From positions 569 through 64,568 of the forward strand of contig CACIYQ010000005.1 in assembly GCA_902590915.1 (NCBI GenBank): a stretch of 64,000 bases of DNA, in the 5' to 3' direction. Shown here one piece after another: positions 33,336 through 43,128 of the stretch. How positions within the stretch are numbered: position 1 is the first letter of the stretch; each line of letters starts with the position of its first letter. Made by a program: the position numbers and the translations under genes. The notes under the pieces are model-generated. The model did no database searches, was not told where the DNA came from, and saw only the letters and a program-made list of their open reading frames with translations. The stretch comes from an uncultured Pelagibacteraceae bacterium (lineage in GTDB: Bacteria > Pseudomonadota > Alphaproteobacteria > Pelagibacterales > Pelagibacteraceae).

Positions 33336-35120
33336 TTAAGAAATTAAAGAAGGTTGCTTTTTCATATCTTCTTTTTTAATTCCGGCAACCCTAACTGGTT
33401 TTTTCATCGCATCACGTCTAAATGGTTCACCAAGCTCTTGATTTAAAATTACCTCAATAAATGTTGTAATCCCCTTCTTTTGATCGTCACAAGATTGCTT
33501 GATAGCATTGGTAGTTTCTTCCATTGTTTTGACTGTTACCCCTTTTAAACCACAAGCATCAGCTACTTTTGCATAGCTAAGTTCTGGATCAAGCTCTGTT
33601 CCAATAAAATTATCATCAAACCATAAAATAGAATTTCTTTTTTCTGCACCCCATTGATAGTTTCTAAATATTACCATAGTTATTGAAGGCCATTCTTCTC
33701 TTGCACATGAACTCATTTCATTCATGCTGATACCAAATGCTCCATCACCTGCAAAACCAATTACAGGTGTATCTGGACAGCCAATTTTTGCACCTAAAAT
33801 TGATGGAAAACCATATCCACATGGTCCAAATAATCCTGGCGCTAAATATTTTCTTCCTTTTTCAAATGTTGGATAAGCATTTCCAATTGCACAATTATTT
33901 CCAATATCACTTGAAATAATTACATCCTCAGGCATGCCAGCTTGAATTGCTCTCCATGCTTGTCTTGGAGACATTCTATCTGCGTCTCTTTCTCTTGCCT
34001 CTTTGTTCCAAACTGTTCCTTCATCGTCTTCTTCATGATCTAAACTTGATAATTTTTGTAACCATGCAGATTTAGTTTGATGAATTATATCTTTTCTTTT
34101 TTGTCTATCTGTATCACCTGCAGTGGGTGAAAGTTGGGCTAATAATTGTTGTGCAACTAGTTTTGCATCTCCACAAATACCTACTGAAACTTTTTTTGTT
34201 AAACCAATACGATCTGAATTCATGTCAACTTGGATAATACTTGCGTCTTTTGGCCAATAATCCATGCCATAACCTGGTAAAGTTGAAAAAGGATTTAACC
34301 TAGTTCCCAATGCCAAAACGACATCAGCTTGTTTAATTAATTCCATCCCAGCTTTTGAACCATTATAACCTAAAGGTCCCGCTGCTAAAGGATGACTTCC
34401 TGGGAAACTATCATTATGTTGATAACCAGAACAAACTGGAGCGTCTAATTTTTCTGCGAGTTTTTTACAATCTTCAATAGCACCTCCAATAACAACACCT
34501 GCTCCAGATAAAATTACTGGAAATTTTGCATTAGATAACAAGTCTGCAGCTTTTTTAATTGCATCAACACCTCCTGCTTGTCGTTCCAATCTAACAATTG
34601 GAGGAAGGTCAATATCAATGACTTGTGTCCAGTAATCTCTTGGTACGTTGATTTGAGCTGGAGCTGATCCTCGTATAGCTTTTTCTATAACTCTATTTAA
34701 TACCTCGGCCATTCTAGATGGATCTCTAACTTCCTCTTGATAACAAACCATGTCTTTAAACAAATTCATTTGTTCAACTTCTTGGAAACCACCTTGTCCC
34801 ATAGTTTTGTTAGCAGCTTGTGGGGTAACTAATAAAAGTGGTGTATGATTCCAATAAGCAGTTTTAATTGGTGTTACTAATCCTGTAATTCCTGGACCAT
34901 TCTGAGCTATAACCATTGACATTTTTCCTGTAGCTCTTGTGTAACCGTCTGCAATTAATCCACCATTAGTTTCATGAGCAACGTCCCAGAATGTGATACC
35001 AGCATCTGGAAAAATATCTGATATTGGCATAAAGGCTGAACCAATAATTCCAAAGGCGTGTTCAATTCCGTGCATTTGTAAAACTTTTACAAAGGCTTCT
35101 TCTGTTGTCATTTTTGTCAT
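33336..35120 (-). CDS. xsc: Sulfoacetaldehyde acetyltransferase (TPP)
   Basis: MTTEEAFVKVLQMHGIEHAFGIIGSA N-terminus; GDGAFG TPP motif; ELGEPFRRDAM. Confidence 0.95.
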   Translation of the reverse strand: MTKMTTEEAFVKVLQMHGIEHAFGIIGSAFMPISDIFPDAGITFWDVAHETNGGLIADGYTRATGKMSMVIAQNGPGITGLVTPIKTAYWNHTPLLLVTPQAANKTMGQGGFQEVEQMNLFKDMVCYQEEVRDPSRMAEVLNRVIEKAIRGSAPAQINVPRDYWTQVIDIDLPPIVRLERQAGGVDAIKKAADLLSNAKFPVILSGAGVVIGGAIEDCKKLAEKLDAPVCSGYQHNDSFPGSHPLAAGPLGYNGSKAGMELIKQADVVLALGTRLNPFSTLPGYGMDYWPKDASIIQVDMNSDRIGLTKKVSVGICGDAKLVAQQLLAQLSPTAGDTDRQKRKDIIHQTKSAWLQKLSSLDHEEDDEGTVWNKEARERDADRMSPRQAWRAIQAGMPEDVIISSDIGNNCAIGNAYPTFEKGRKYLAPGLFGPCGYGFPSILGAKIGCPDTPVIGFAGDGAFGISMNEMSSCAREEWPSITMVIFRNYQWGAEKRNSILWFDDNFIGTELDPELSYAKVADACGLKGVTVKTMEETTNAIKQSCDDQKKGITTFIEVILNQELGEPFRRDAMKKPVRVAGIKKEDMKKQPSLIS

Positions 35121-35233
35121 AAAAATAGAACCTCTCTAATGTGTAAATTTAATACTGTTAAAATTCGTTTGTTAATTTTAGCGATTAATATATAAGATTT
35201 TGAAAAATTCAAACAAACAAATCGACACTATAT

Positions 35234-35518
35234 ATGGCCACAGACATTATAATTCATGACAAAAAAGATAATGTGGGAGTAGTAGTAATAGAAAAAATCA
35301 CTCCAAAGCAAGATTGTTCTTGTTGGATAATGGAAGATGATAGTACAGTAGATATACAATCTTTGGATGAAATTCCTCTGGGGCATAAAATTGCGATGGT
35401 TGATCTTAATGAAGGTGATACAATTTTAAAATATGGTCACGATATTGGTAAAGTAGTAAAATCAACAAAAAAGGGTGAACATGTGCATGTTCATAATGTA
35501 AAAACTAAGAAGTGGTAA
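35234..35518 (+). CDS. suyA: Sulfolactate sulfo-lyase alpha subunit (SAF domain, UxaA family)
   Basis: [13 protein letters not shown] and [12 protein letters not shown] motifs; next to suyB. Confidence 0.85.
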   Translation: MATDIIIHDKKDNVGVVVIEKITPKQDCSCWIMEDDSTVDIQSLDEIPLGHKIAMVDLNEGDTILKYGHDIGKVVKSTKKGEHVHVHNVKTKKW

Positions 35519-35522
35519 TAAA

Positions 35523-36689
35523 ATGGAAATTCCAAAAAGTTTTTTAGGTTACAAAAGAGAAAATGGAAGAGCTGGAACAAGAAACCATGTAATTATTCTT
35601 CCTGTTGATGACATTTCAAATGCATGTGCTGAAGCCGTTGCAAACAATATTAAAGGGACAATTGCACTCCCACATTCTTATGGAAGACTTCAATTTGGAG
35701 CTGATTTAGAACTTCATTTTAGAACAATGATTGGTACTGGTTGTAACCCCAATGTGGCAGCAGTGATTGTTATTGGAATTGAACCTAAATGGACTAAAAA
35801 AATAGTTGATGGAATTGCAAAAACTGGAAAACCAGTTGAAGGATTTCACATCGAGAGAACTGGCGACATCGTTACAACAATGAAAGCCTCAAAAAAAGCG
35901 CAAGAATTTGTAATTTGGGCATCTGAAAAACAAAGAGAAGAATGTCCATTAAGTGATTTATGGATATCAGTAAAATGCGGAGAGTCTGATACTACATCAG
36001 GTTTAGCAGCTAATCCAACAGTTGGAAATTTGATGGATAAATTAGAACCATTGGGAGTTCATTTGTGCTTTGGTGAAACTTCAGAGCTTACTGGGGCTGA
36101 AAAAGTTTGTGCTACAAGAGGAGCTACCAAAGAAGCATCTGAAAAGTTTATGAATACATGGAATGCGTATAATGATTTCATATTAAAGGAAGCTACCGAT
36201 GATTTATCTGAAAGTCAGCCTACAGCTGGAAACATCGCAGGTGGACTAACTACAATTGAAGAAAAAGCTTTTGGAAACTTTCAAAAAATTGGCAACTGTA
36301 AGTTTATTGACGTTCTAGAACCTGCTGAAGAACCAACTAAAGGAAAAGGTTTGTACTTTATGGATACTTCATCAGCCGCAGCTGAATGTGTAACTTTACA
36401 AGCAGCCGCTGGTTTCAATATTCATTTATTTCCAACCGGTCAAGGTAATATTGTTGGAAATCCAATTGAACCCGTAGTTAAATTAACAGCAAATCCTTTA
36501 ACAGTTAAAGGTATGGGTGAACATATTGATTGTGATGTATCAAAAATTCTTTCAAGAGAAATGAATTTATCTGAAGCTGGAGATGAATTAATTAAAACTA
36601 CTCTTAGAGTAGCCAATGGAAGATTAACGTGCGCTGAAGCTTTGGGTCATAAAGAATTTGTGATGACTAAACTTTATCGAAGTGCCTAA
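35523..36689 (+). CDS. suyB: Sulfolactate sulfo-lyase beta subunit (UxaA family)
   Basis: [24 protein letters not shown] and [11 protein letters not shown] motifs. Confidence 0.88.
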   Translation: MEIPKSFLGYKRENGRAGTRNHVIILPVDDISNACAEAVANNIKGTIALPHSYGRLQFGADLELHFRTMIGTGCNPNVAAVIVIGIEPKWTKKIVDGIAKTGKPVEGFHIERTGDIVTTMKASKKAQEFVIWASEKQREECPLSDLWISVKCGESDTTSGLAANPTVGNLMDKLEPLGVHLCFGETSELTGAEKVCATRGATKEASEKFMNTWNAYNDFILKEATDDLSESQPTAGNIAGGLTTIEEKAFGNFQKIGNCKFIDVLEPAEEPTKGKGLYFMDTSSAAAECVTLQAAAGFNIHLFPTGQGNIVGNPIEPVVKLTANPLTVKGMGEHIDCDVSKILSREMNLSEAGDELIKTTLRVANGRLTCAEALGHKEFVMTKLYRSA

Positions 36690-36703
36690 TTAGAATTAAT
36701 TTA

Positions 36704-37777
36704 ATGAGTTATAAAAAGTACTTGGTATTTTTACCAGGTATAATTTTAGCTTTTGTTCTTTACACATTATCTCAAGGAATTAATAACATTATTGGAATTG
36801 AGCTTCTGGGGTACGAAAAAAGTCCCATATCTACAGCCATGATTGCTATATTGTTTGGAATTCTATTAGGAAATATATTTCAAATAAGAAATTTATTTCT
36901 TAAAGGTTTAAATTTTGCACAGTCAAATATACTTAAATTAGGAATTATTTGTTTAGGAATTCAACTTAAACCGTTTGAATTTTTAGAATTTGGTGCAATC
37001 GCAATCCCGTTAATAATTATCTGTATAGTCAGCGTTTTAATAGTAATAAAAGTTTTAGTAAAAAAATTAAATATACCAAGACGAATGTCTTATCTAATTT
37101 CAATTGGAAGTACAGTTTGTGGTACTACAGCAATAATGGCAACAGCTCCTGTTATAGGTGCAAAGAAAAATGAAATTTCTTACGCGGTGGCAAATATTAC
37201 AATATTTGGAATCCTTTCAATGCTTATTTATCCTTACTTTGCAAATTTTTACTTTAATGAAGAGTCTTTATTAGTTGGGTTGTTTTTAGGTACGTCCATA
37301 CATGAAACTGCTCAAGTTGCTGCTGCAGGACTTATTTATGATCAGCAATTTAATAGTCCAGAAACTTTAAATATCGCAACAGTTACTAAATTAATAAGAA
37401 ATACCTTTTTAATCATTATGATCCCTTTATTTGCTTTTTTGTACAATCGAGGGCAAGTTAAAGAAAAAAAATACTCTATAATTAGTATTTTTCCATATTT
37501 TGTATTAGGTTTCGTTGGCATGATAATCATTAGAAATGTTGGGGATAGTATATTTATAACCTCTCAAAATGAGATTTGGGCAAACACAGTGATAAATATA
37601 AAATTCTTATCTAAAATATTTTTAACAATGGCTATGGCTGCAATTGGTCTTTCAACAAACTTAAGAGATATAAAAAATATGGGCTACAAACCTTTTGTAG
37701 TTGGCTTTGTAGCTATGGCTACAGTTGGATTAATATCGATTACCACAATAGAAGTTTATATAAATTTTTTTAATTAA
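36704..37777 (+). CDS. YeiH/PSE-family putative sulfate/sulfite exporter (SuyZ/TauZ-like)
   Basis: GSTVCGTTAI, GTSIHETAQV and TKLIRN motifs. Confidence 0.82.
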   Translation: MSYKKYLVFLPGIILAFVLYTLSQGINNIIGIELLGYEKSPISTAMIAILFGILLGNIFQIRNLFLKGLNFAQSNILKLGIICLGIQLKPFEFLEFGAIAIPLIIICIVSVLIVIKVLVKKLNIPRRMSYLISIGSTVCGTTAIMATAPVIGAKKNEISYAVANITIFGILSMLIYPYFANFYFNEESLLVGLFLGTSIHETAQVAAAGLIYDQQFNSPETLNIATVTKLIRNTFLIIMIPLFAFLYNRGQVKEKKYSIISIFPYFVLGFVGMIIIRNVGDSIFITSQNEIWANTVINIKFLSKIFLTMAMAAIGLSTNLRDIKNMGYKPFVVGFVAMATVGLISITTIEVYINFFN

Positions 37778-38853
37778 GACTTAATAAAAATTTTACTTTT
37801 TAAATTTGATGCAAAACGTCTTATTAAAGCTGCACCCACCCCTAAAATAATAGCAAACATAATTGTAAACAAACCATAAAAGAAAGGCATCTCTTTTGAA
37901 AAATCAATTATGAATGATGAGAAAAAATTAAGTTCTGTATTTACTGTTGCTTGAATTTTAACTTGAACTTGTTCTGCAAAAAATGTGTCATAAGCGATTG
38001 CTATTCCAACAACTAATAATAAAATTGCTAGCAAAGCTCTTAGACCAGAGCTATCAATTCTTTCCCCTAGTTTTTGACCAATTTGAACTCCAATAATTGA
38101 ACCAATGACCAACATAAGCACTAGAAGTAAATCTATCGATCCATAATTAAAGGAGTGTAAGAAAGTTACAATTACGCTTACAAAAATAGTAACAAATAAA
38201 GAAGTTCCAGGAACTAATTTAGTTGGCATTTTAATTATATAAATCATTGCTGGAACCAATATAAAAGCACCACCTATTCCCATAATTGCAGCAATAAAAC
38301 CAACAATTAATCCAATAATTATGGGCGTAAAAATACTTTCATATAATTTAGATTTTGGAAATCTCATTCTTAGTGGAAGACCATGAATCCAATAATGAAC
38401 ATGTGCTTTTTTTTTTAAGAGAACATTTCTTTTAGCTTGGTCAATTTCTCTGAGACTTTCTACAAGCATTAATGTTCCTATTATTGCTAAAATATACATA
38501 TAGGCTAGAGAAATGACAGTATCTATTTTTCCAATACCTTTGAAATAAGAGAATGTAAAAATTCCCAATGAAGTGCCGATCGCACCACCAATTACAATGA
38601 TAAGTCCCATCTTGTAATCAAGTGTATTTTTTAAATAATGTGTAGTGGATCCAGAAACAGAGGTTGCTAATATATTATTAGCTTCATTTGCAACAGCATA
38701 AGCAGGAGGAATACCTAAAAAAATTAAAAAAGGGGTCATTAAAAAACCACCTCCAACACCAAATAATCCTGAAAGGACTCCAACAATTGCACTTAGTAGA
38801 AGTATTTCTATCGGATTAACAAATACTTGCGCTATCGGTAAAAAAACGTCCAT
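37774..38853 (-). CDS. TauE/SafE-family sulfite exporter
   Basis: SGLFGVGGGFLMTP and MGIGGAFILVP repeats. Confidence 0.85.
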   Translation of the reverse strand: MDVFLPIAQVFVNPIEILLLSAIVGVLSGLFGVGGGFLMTPFLIFLGIPPAYAVANEANNILATSVSGSTTHYLKNTLDYKMGLIIVIGGAIGTSLGIFTFSYFKGIGKIDTVISLAYMYILAIIGTLMLVESLREIDQAKRNVLLKKKAHVHYWIHGLPLRMRFPKSKLYESIFTPIIIGLIVGFIAAIMGIGGAFILVPAMIYIIKMPTKLVPGTSLFVTIFVSVIVTFLHSFNYGSIDLLLVLMLVIGSIIGVQIGQKLGERIDSSGLRALLAILLLVVGIAIAYDTFFAEQVQVKIQATVNTELNFFSSFIIDFSKEMPFFYGLFTIMFAIILGVGAALIRRFASNLKSKIFIKS

Positions 38854-38882
38854 ATAAACTTAAAATGCTGTTAAAAAACAAC

Positions 38883-39017
38883 TTAGTTAAAAGTAACAAA
38901 AGTTCCAACTAAAATTACACCCCAGTATGCAAGTAAACTCACTAAAATACCTGCTTTAATATATGATCTTTTAAATCTAGGGAGTTTATTAAAAAATTTT
39001 ATTTCTGAAAGATGCAT
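38883..39017 (-). CDS. Small single-TM protein (44 aa, not in ORF track)
   Basis: MHLSEIKFFNKLPRFKRSYIKAGILVSLLAYWGVILVGTFVTFN. Confidence 0.5.
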   Translation of the reverse strand: MHLSEIKFFNKLPRFKRSYIKAGILVSLLAYWGVILVGTFVTFN

Positions 39018-39085
39018 CTAACAAGTCCATACACCCAGTAAATAATTTGTCAAATAATTATTTAAATTACAATAATTTTTTTTGA

Positions 39086-39436
39086 TTAGTAAATTGTTGC
39101 ACCAAAAACTTTTATCAGATTGTCTTCTACACCTAGAACCAGTCTCCCTAAGAATTCTCCTGGAAGTTCTTTGTTTGTCTGTTTAATCAAAACAGTGACG
39201 TGTTCCCCTCTTCTTAAACATCCAAAAGGTTCAAACGTTTCCTGTAAATTAACAATTAGCTTATTATTTGCCCACTGTTTACCTAATTCAACTTCATTAG
39301 CTCCAAAAAGCATCTGAGTAGAGAAGTCTCTTGTAAATCCACCATAATCTTTAAGATTAGATGATTTTACCAAGTTATCCCAAATTGGTTTGGCTAATTC
39401 GTATATTTCATCATCCGATTTTGATAAAATATCCAT
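39086..39436 (-). CDS. Hypothetical protein downstream of aprA
   Basis: 116-aa ORF, 21 bp after the aprA stop, same strand. Confidence 0.75.
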   Translation of the reverse strand: MDILSKSDDEIYELAKPIWDNLVKSSNLKDYGGFTRDFSTQMLFGANEVELGKQWANNKLIVNLQETFEPFGCLRRGEHVTVLIKQTNKELPGEFLGRLVLGVEDNLIKVFGATIY

Positions 39437-39457
39437 AATAATTAATTTGTATTGAAT

Positions 39458-41317
39458 TTAAGAGGCTTTTTTCTTCTCGTTCTCATCAACCATATGGTAA
39501 ACAGGAACTTTCTCAAGACTAAATTTTCCTGTTTTAGGATCTCTTCTTGAAACTGTTAGGCAATGCCAGTTTTCATCATCAAGTTTCATATGATCTCCTC
39601 TATAATAATAACCTGGCCATCTTGTTTCTTCTCTAAACATAGTGTGTTCTGTTACACATTGAGATGTTAGAGCTCTGTGTTTAAGCTCCCAGGCTCTCAT
39701 AAGTTGATGATAATCTTCAGCTCCGACTTTTTCTAGATCTTCTTCTAACCATGTCAAAAGTTCTAAACCTCTTTTTAACATATTAGCATTAGTCATGTAA
39801 TTGGTAGCTATACCACCAACGTATTCATCCATAATTCGTTGTAAACGCTGTAATCCTTGAATAGGAGAAATATAACTCGGGGATACTGTTCCACCAGTTA
39901 TTTCATTTTGAGCAACTTTGTAAGTTTCTAGTGGTTTGTAAACTTTAGCTTTAAAATCATCACATTGTTTATCTGATACCTTTAATCCCTCAGCTTTTTT
40001 ATCCTCGATATATTTAACAGCAGCTTTTGCAGCCAATCTACCTTCTGTAAATGAGCCAGATGAAAATTTATGTGCGCTTCCACCTACAGTGTCTCCCGCA
40101 CCAAATAGACCATCGATTGTAAGCATTCTGTTGTATCCCCAAAAATATTCTGGAGGAGATAAATCCTCAGGCCCACTAACCCAAGCTCCTGAACAAGTAG
40201 CATGAGAACCCATTACATATGGTTCTGAAGTAGTTAACTCTGGATTTGTATATTTTGGATCAATATTTTGGGATGCCCAAACTACGGCTTGACCTACAGT
40301 CATTCCTAAAAAATTCTCCCAGCCTACAGTTTCTAAATGTGGATCTTGGAATGCCTCTGTTGTAACCATTTGAATTGGTCCACCACCTGCCATAGTTTCT
40401 TGAATAAACGCATGATTTCTTAGACAAGTTGGAGTTGGATGATGATCAATGTATTCTCCAACTAATTCTTTAGTTTGGTCATACCATTTCTTCTCATAGT
40501 TTTCGCCATTAGCATTTTGTGTATAAGTTTTTAAATGCAAGAAATATGCTCCAACAGGACCATAACCATCTTTAAATCTACATAACACAATTCTATTTTC
40601 CATTTGTGTCATTTTAGCTCCAGCAGCAATAGGTAATGCATAAGCTGAACCATTACTCCACGGAGCATACCATGTTCTACCCATTCCCTCGCCAACGGCT
40701 CTTGGTTTAAATATATGTGAAGCTCCACCTGCTGAAACAATTACTGCTTTCGCTCTAAAAACGTGAAAATCTCCAGTTCTCATATTAAATCCAACAGCAC
40801 CACCTACTCTATTTTCTTGAGCTTCATCCATTAAAAGATGAGTAATCATAATTCTATTATAAATTTTATCTGCAGATTTTTTTGCTGCCTCTGCAACAAT
40901 TGGTTTATAACTTTCACCATGTATCATGATCTGCCATTTTCCTTCTCTTAAATATCTCCCAGTTTCTTCGTTCTTCATCATAGGAAGACCCCATTCATCA
41001 AACATATGAACAGTGGAGTCTACGTGACGAGCCATATCGTAACCTAAATCTTCTCTTACCATTCCCATTAAATCATTTCTTGCATATCGAACATGATCTT
41101 CGGGTTGATTTTCGCCCCATTGCATTCCCATATAACAATTGATTGCATAAAGACCTTGAGCAACAGCACCACTTCTATCTATGTTAGCCTTTTCAACACA
41201 AACAATTTTCATATCTCTACCCCAGTGTCTTGCTTCAAAAGTAGCACCTGTACCTGCCATTCCTCCACCAACGACTAAAATATCACAATCTTCGTAATGT
41301 GTTTTATGCTTAGCCAT
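39458..41317 (-). CDS. aprA: Adenylylsulfate reductase alpha subunit
   Basis: RSGAVAQGLYAIN, WQIMIHGESYK and FREETRWPGYYYR motifs. Confidence 0.97.
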   Translation of the reverse strand: MAKHKTHYEDCDILVVGGGMAGTGATFEARHWGRDMKIVCVEKANIDRSGAVAQGLYAINCYMGMQWGENQPEDHVRYARNDLMGMVREDLGYDMARHVDSTVHMFDEWGLPMMKNEETGRYLREGKWQIMIHGESYKPIVAEAAKKSADKIYNRIMITHLLMDEAQENRVGGAVGFNMRTGDFHVFRAKAVIVSAGGASHIFKPRAVGEGMGRTWYAPWSNGSAYALPIAAGAKMTQMENRIVLCRFKDGYGPVGAYFLHLKTYTQNANGENYEKKWYDQTKELVGEYIDHHPTPTCLRNHAFIQETMAGGGPIQMVTTEAFQDPHLETVGWENFLGMTVGQAVVWASQNIDPKYTNPELTTSEPYVMGSHATCSGAWVSGPEDLSPPEYFWGYNRMLTIDGLFGAGDTVGGSAHKFSSGSFTEGRLAAKAAVKYIEDKKAEGLKVSDKQCDDFKAKVYKPLETYKVAQNEITGGTVSPSYISPIQGLQRLQRIMDEYVGGIATNYMTNANMLKRGLELLTWLEEDLEKVGAEDYHQLMRAWELKHRALTSQCVTEHTMFREETRWPGYYYRGDHMKLDDENWHCLTVSRRDPKTGKFSLEKVPVYHMVDENEKKKAS

Positions 41318-41787
41318 TAATAGTAAACTCCTTTTTTAAAAGAATCTTTTGGAACGCTAGGCAGTTCACCGTCAATGTTAAGTCCCTCTGGCTCAGTATA
41401 TAATCTTTGAGAATTAATCTCTCCTTGATTAGGTTTATCACCCTCTGCTAACTTAGGTATAAATTTACCCCAAGGCTTAGTTGTTATAGGAGAAACGAAG
41501 TCTTTAGTAGTTCCATTCCTAAATTTAATTTTCCAAGAGATAGTCCCCTTTTCTTCTTCTCTTCTAACTCTTACGCTATGACCCATTGGAGCAAAGTCAG
41601 CATAACCTCTAACATCAATAGCGTGATTAGGACAAGCTTTCACACATGAATAACACTCCCAACAAAAATTAGGTTCTATATTTTTGGCACGTCTAATATT
41701 TTCATCTATGTGCATTATATCTGATGGGCAAATATCTACACAATGACCACAGCCATCGCATCTCGTCATGTATACAAAAGTTGACAT
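41317..41787 (-). CDS. aprB: Adenylylsulfate reductase beta subunit
   Basis: CDGCGHCVDICP and CWECYSCVKACP; VRGYADF. Confidence 0.97.
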   Translation of the reverse strand: MSTFVYMTRCDGCGHCVDICPSDIMHIDENIRRAKNIEPNFCWECYSCVKACPNHAIDVRGYADFAPMGHSVRVRREEEKGTISWKIKFRNGTTKDFVSPITTKPWGKFIPKLAEGDKPNQGEINSQRLYTEPEGLNIDGELPSVPKDSFKKGVYY

Positions 41788-41820
41788 ATTATTTTTTCTC
41801 CTTATTTAAATTTATCATAA

Positions 41821-42615
41821 TTAATAATGTTTAGGTTGCTCTCTTTTTATCCCTAAACCGAATTGTTCAGGTGCATCAGCTGGGGGTGGTAGATTATCTC
41901 TTGATCCGTCAGCTTCTGCTAAATTTTTCTGAATTGCTGCTCCAGGTTTATAAAACATATGTGCAAATTTGGACCAATAAACCCCTCCAAATAAAATTAA
42001 ATTTGCAACAACATATAATGTTAAAAATAAATATGATAATCCAGTTTGTCCGTTAAATTGAGTATAGGACCATACTAAACCAAATGTGGCACAGGCTAAC
42101 AAAGCCAACACAAATAAATCTGCTTTTATTATTCTATACCATGGATGCGCTTCTGCTGAAACGTCTACTCTTAAAAAAAACCAAAACCAGTATCCTCCAA
42201 CACAAGTCAGTATTGCACCCACATGCCATATCGTTGACCAAGTAGTTGAGGTTGGTTTGTTAGCACCAGTGTAACAAAAAACTAGTACAGCAGATGCAAC
42301 CCAAAATAAAATAGTACCATACATACCTAGAACATGTGCCAATCTTCTTTTGCCAAATCCTAGTTCTGATGTAGTGCCGATATCGTATACTGTTGTTTTT
42401 GCAACGATAGATACTTTTTCTCCAACACCTAATTCTTTAGTTGCATTAAGTTTTGCTTTTTTTGCGTTATCAAAAAAATAAGTTAAATTTCTATGTGAAA
42501 TCATTTGGATAATTGTTCCAGCTGCAATAAGAACTATCATAGCAATGATAAAGCCTTGCATTGCAAGGGGTGATACAGTTTCTGCTAAAATTGCAAATGG
42601 ATTTGTATTTAACAT
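41821..42615 (-). CDS. aprM: APS reductase membrane anchor
   Basis: About 5 TM; RRLAHVLGMYG and WSKFAHMFYKP motifs; directly upstream of aprB. Confidence 0.9.
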   Translation of the reverse strand: MLNTNPFAILAETVSPLAMQGFIIAMIVLIAAGTIIQMISHRNLTYFFDNAKKAKLNATKELGVGEKVSIVAKTTVYDIGTTSELGFGKRRLAHVLGMYGTILFWVASAVLVFCYTGANKPTSTTWSTIWHVGAILTCVGGYWFWFFLRVDVSAEAHPWYRIIKADLFVLALLACATFGLVWSYTQFNGQTGLSYLFLTLYVVANLILFGGVYWSKFAHMFYKPGAAIQKNLAEADGSRDNLPPPADAPEQFGLGIKREQPKHY

Positions 42616-42720
42616 TCTACCCTTAAATTAAATTATTTTGCTTTAATTTAAAAGATTTTCTAATCTAGTTAAATCTTCTAATCAACCTAAACTATTGGTT
42701 ATTTTGTCCTTTATAACAAC

Positions 42721-43128
42721 TCACAATTTATATTTTCGTTTGTAGTGTTGATTTTTAGGAATTACTGACCTTACGCCCCCTTGGGGATTCTCTACATCGC
42801 CTTGTCTTCTTGGTATAAGATGAATATGACAATGCATAATTGATTGGCCTGAAATTTTTCCTGCATTTGTTCCAATATTAAAACCTCTAACAGTATTATC
42901 TTTTTCTAAAATATCTTTTTTAATAACTTTAATCAGATCGTTACATGCAACTAGTTCTTCATTAGTTAAATCAAAATAATCTATAAGATGCCTTTTGGGT
43001 ATAATCAAACAATGGAGATTGGATACAGGATAAGTATCATAACTTGCATATGCTAATTCATTTTCATGAGCAATTCCGCTAATTTTAGAATTACAAAAAA
43101 GACAGGGGTTGTTTGGATCTTTAATCAT
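42721..43128 (-). CDS. HIT-family nucleotide hydrolase/transferase
   Basis: CLFC, YPVS, HCLIIPKRH and GQSIMHCHIHLIPR histidine triad. Confidence 0.9.
   Translation of the reverse strand: MIKDPNNPCLFCNSKISGIAHENELAYASYDTYPVSNLHCLIIPKRHLIDYFDLTNEELVACNDLIKVIKKDILEKDNTVRGFNIGTNAGKISGQSIMHCHIHLIPRRQGDVENPQGGVRSVIPKNQHYKRKYKL

Noticed and set aside
35234-36689. Split UxaA-like gene as a frameshifted pseudogene
   Set aside because: The two-gene architecture with intact starts and stops is normal for SuyAB
39458-42615. aprMBA as evidence of a sulfate-reducing or lithotrophic sulfur-oxidising organism
   Set aside because: No dsr, qmo, sat or sox genes are in the window; the AprM type and sulfonate context fit handling of sulfite released from organosulfonates
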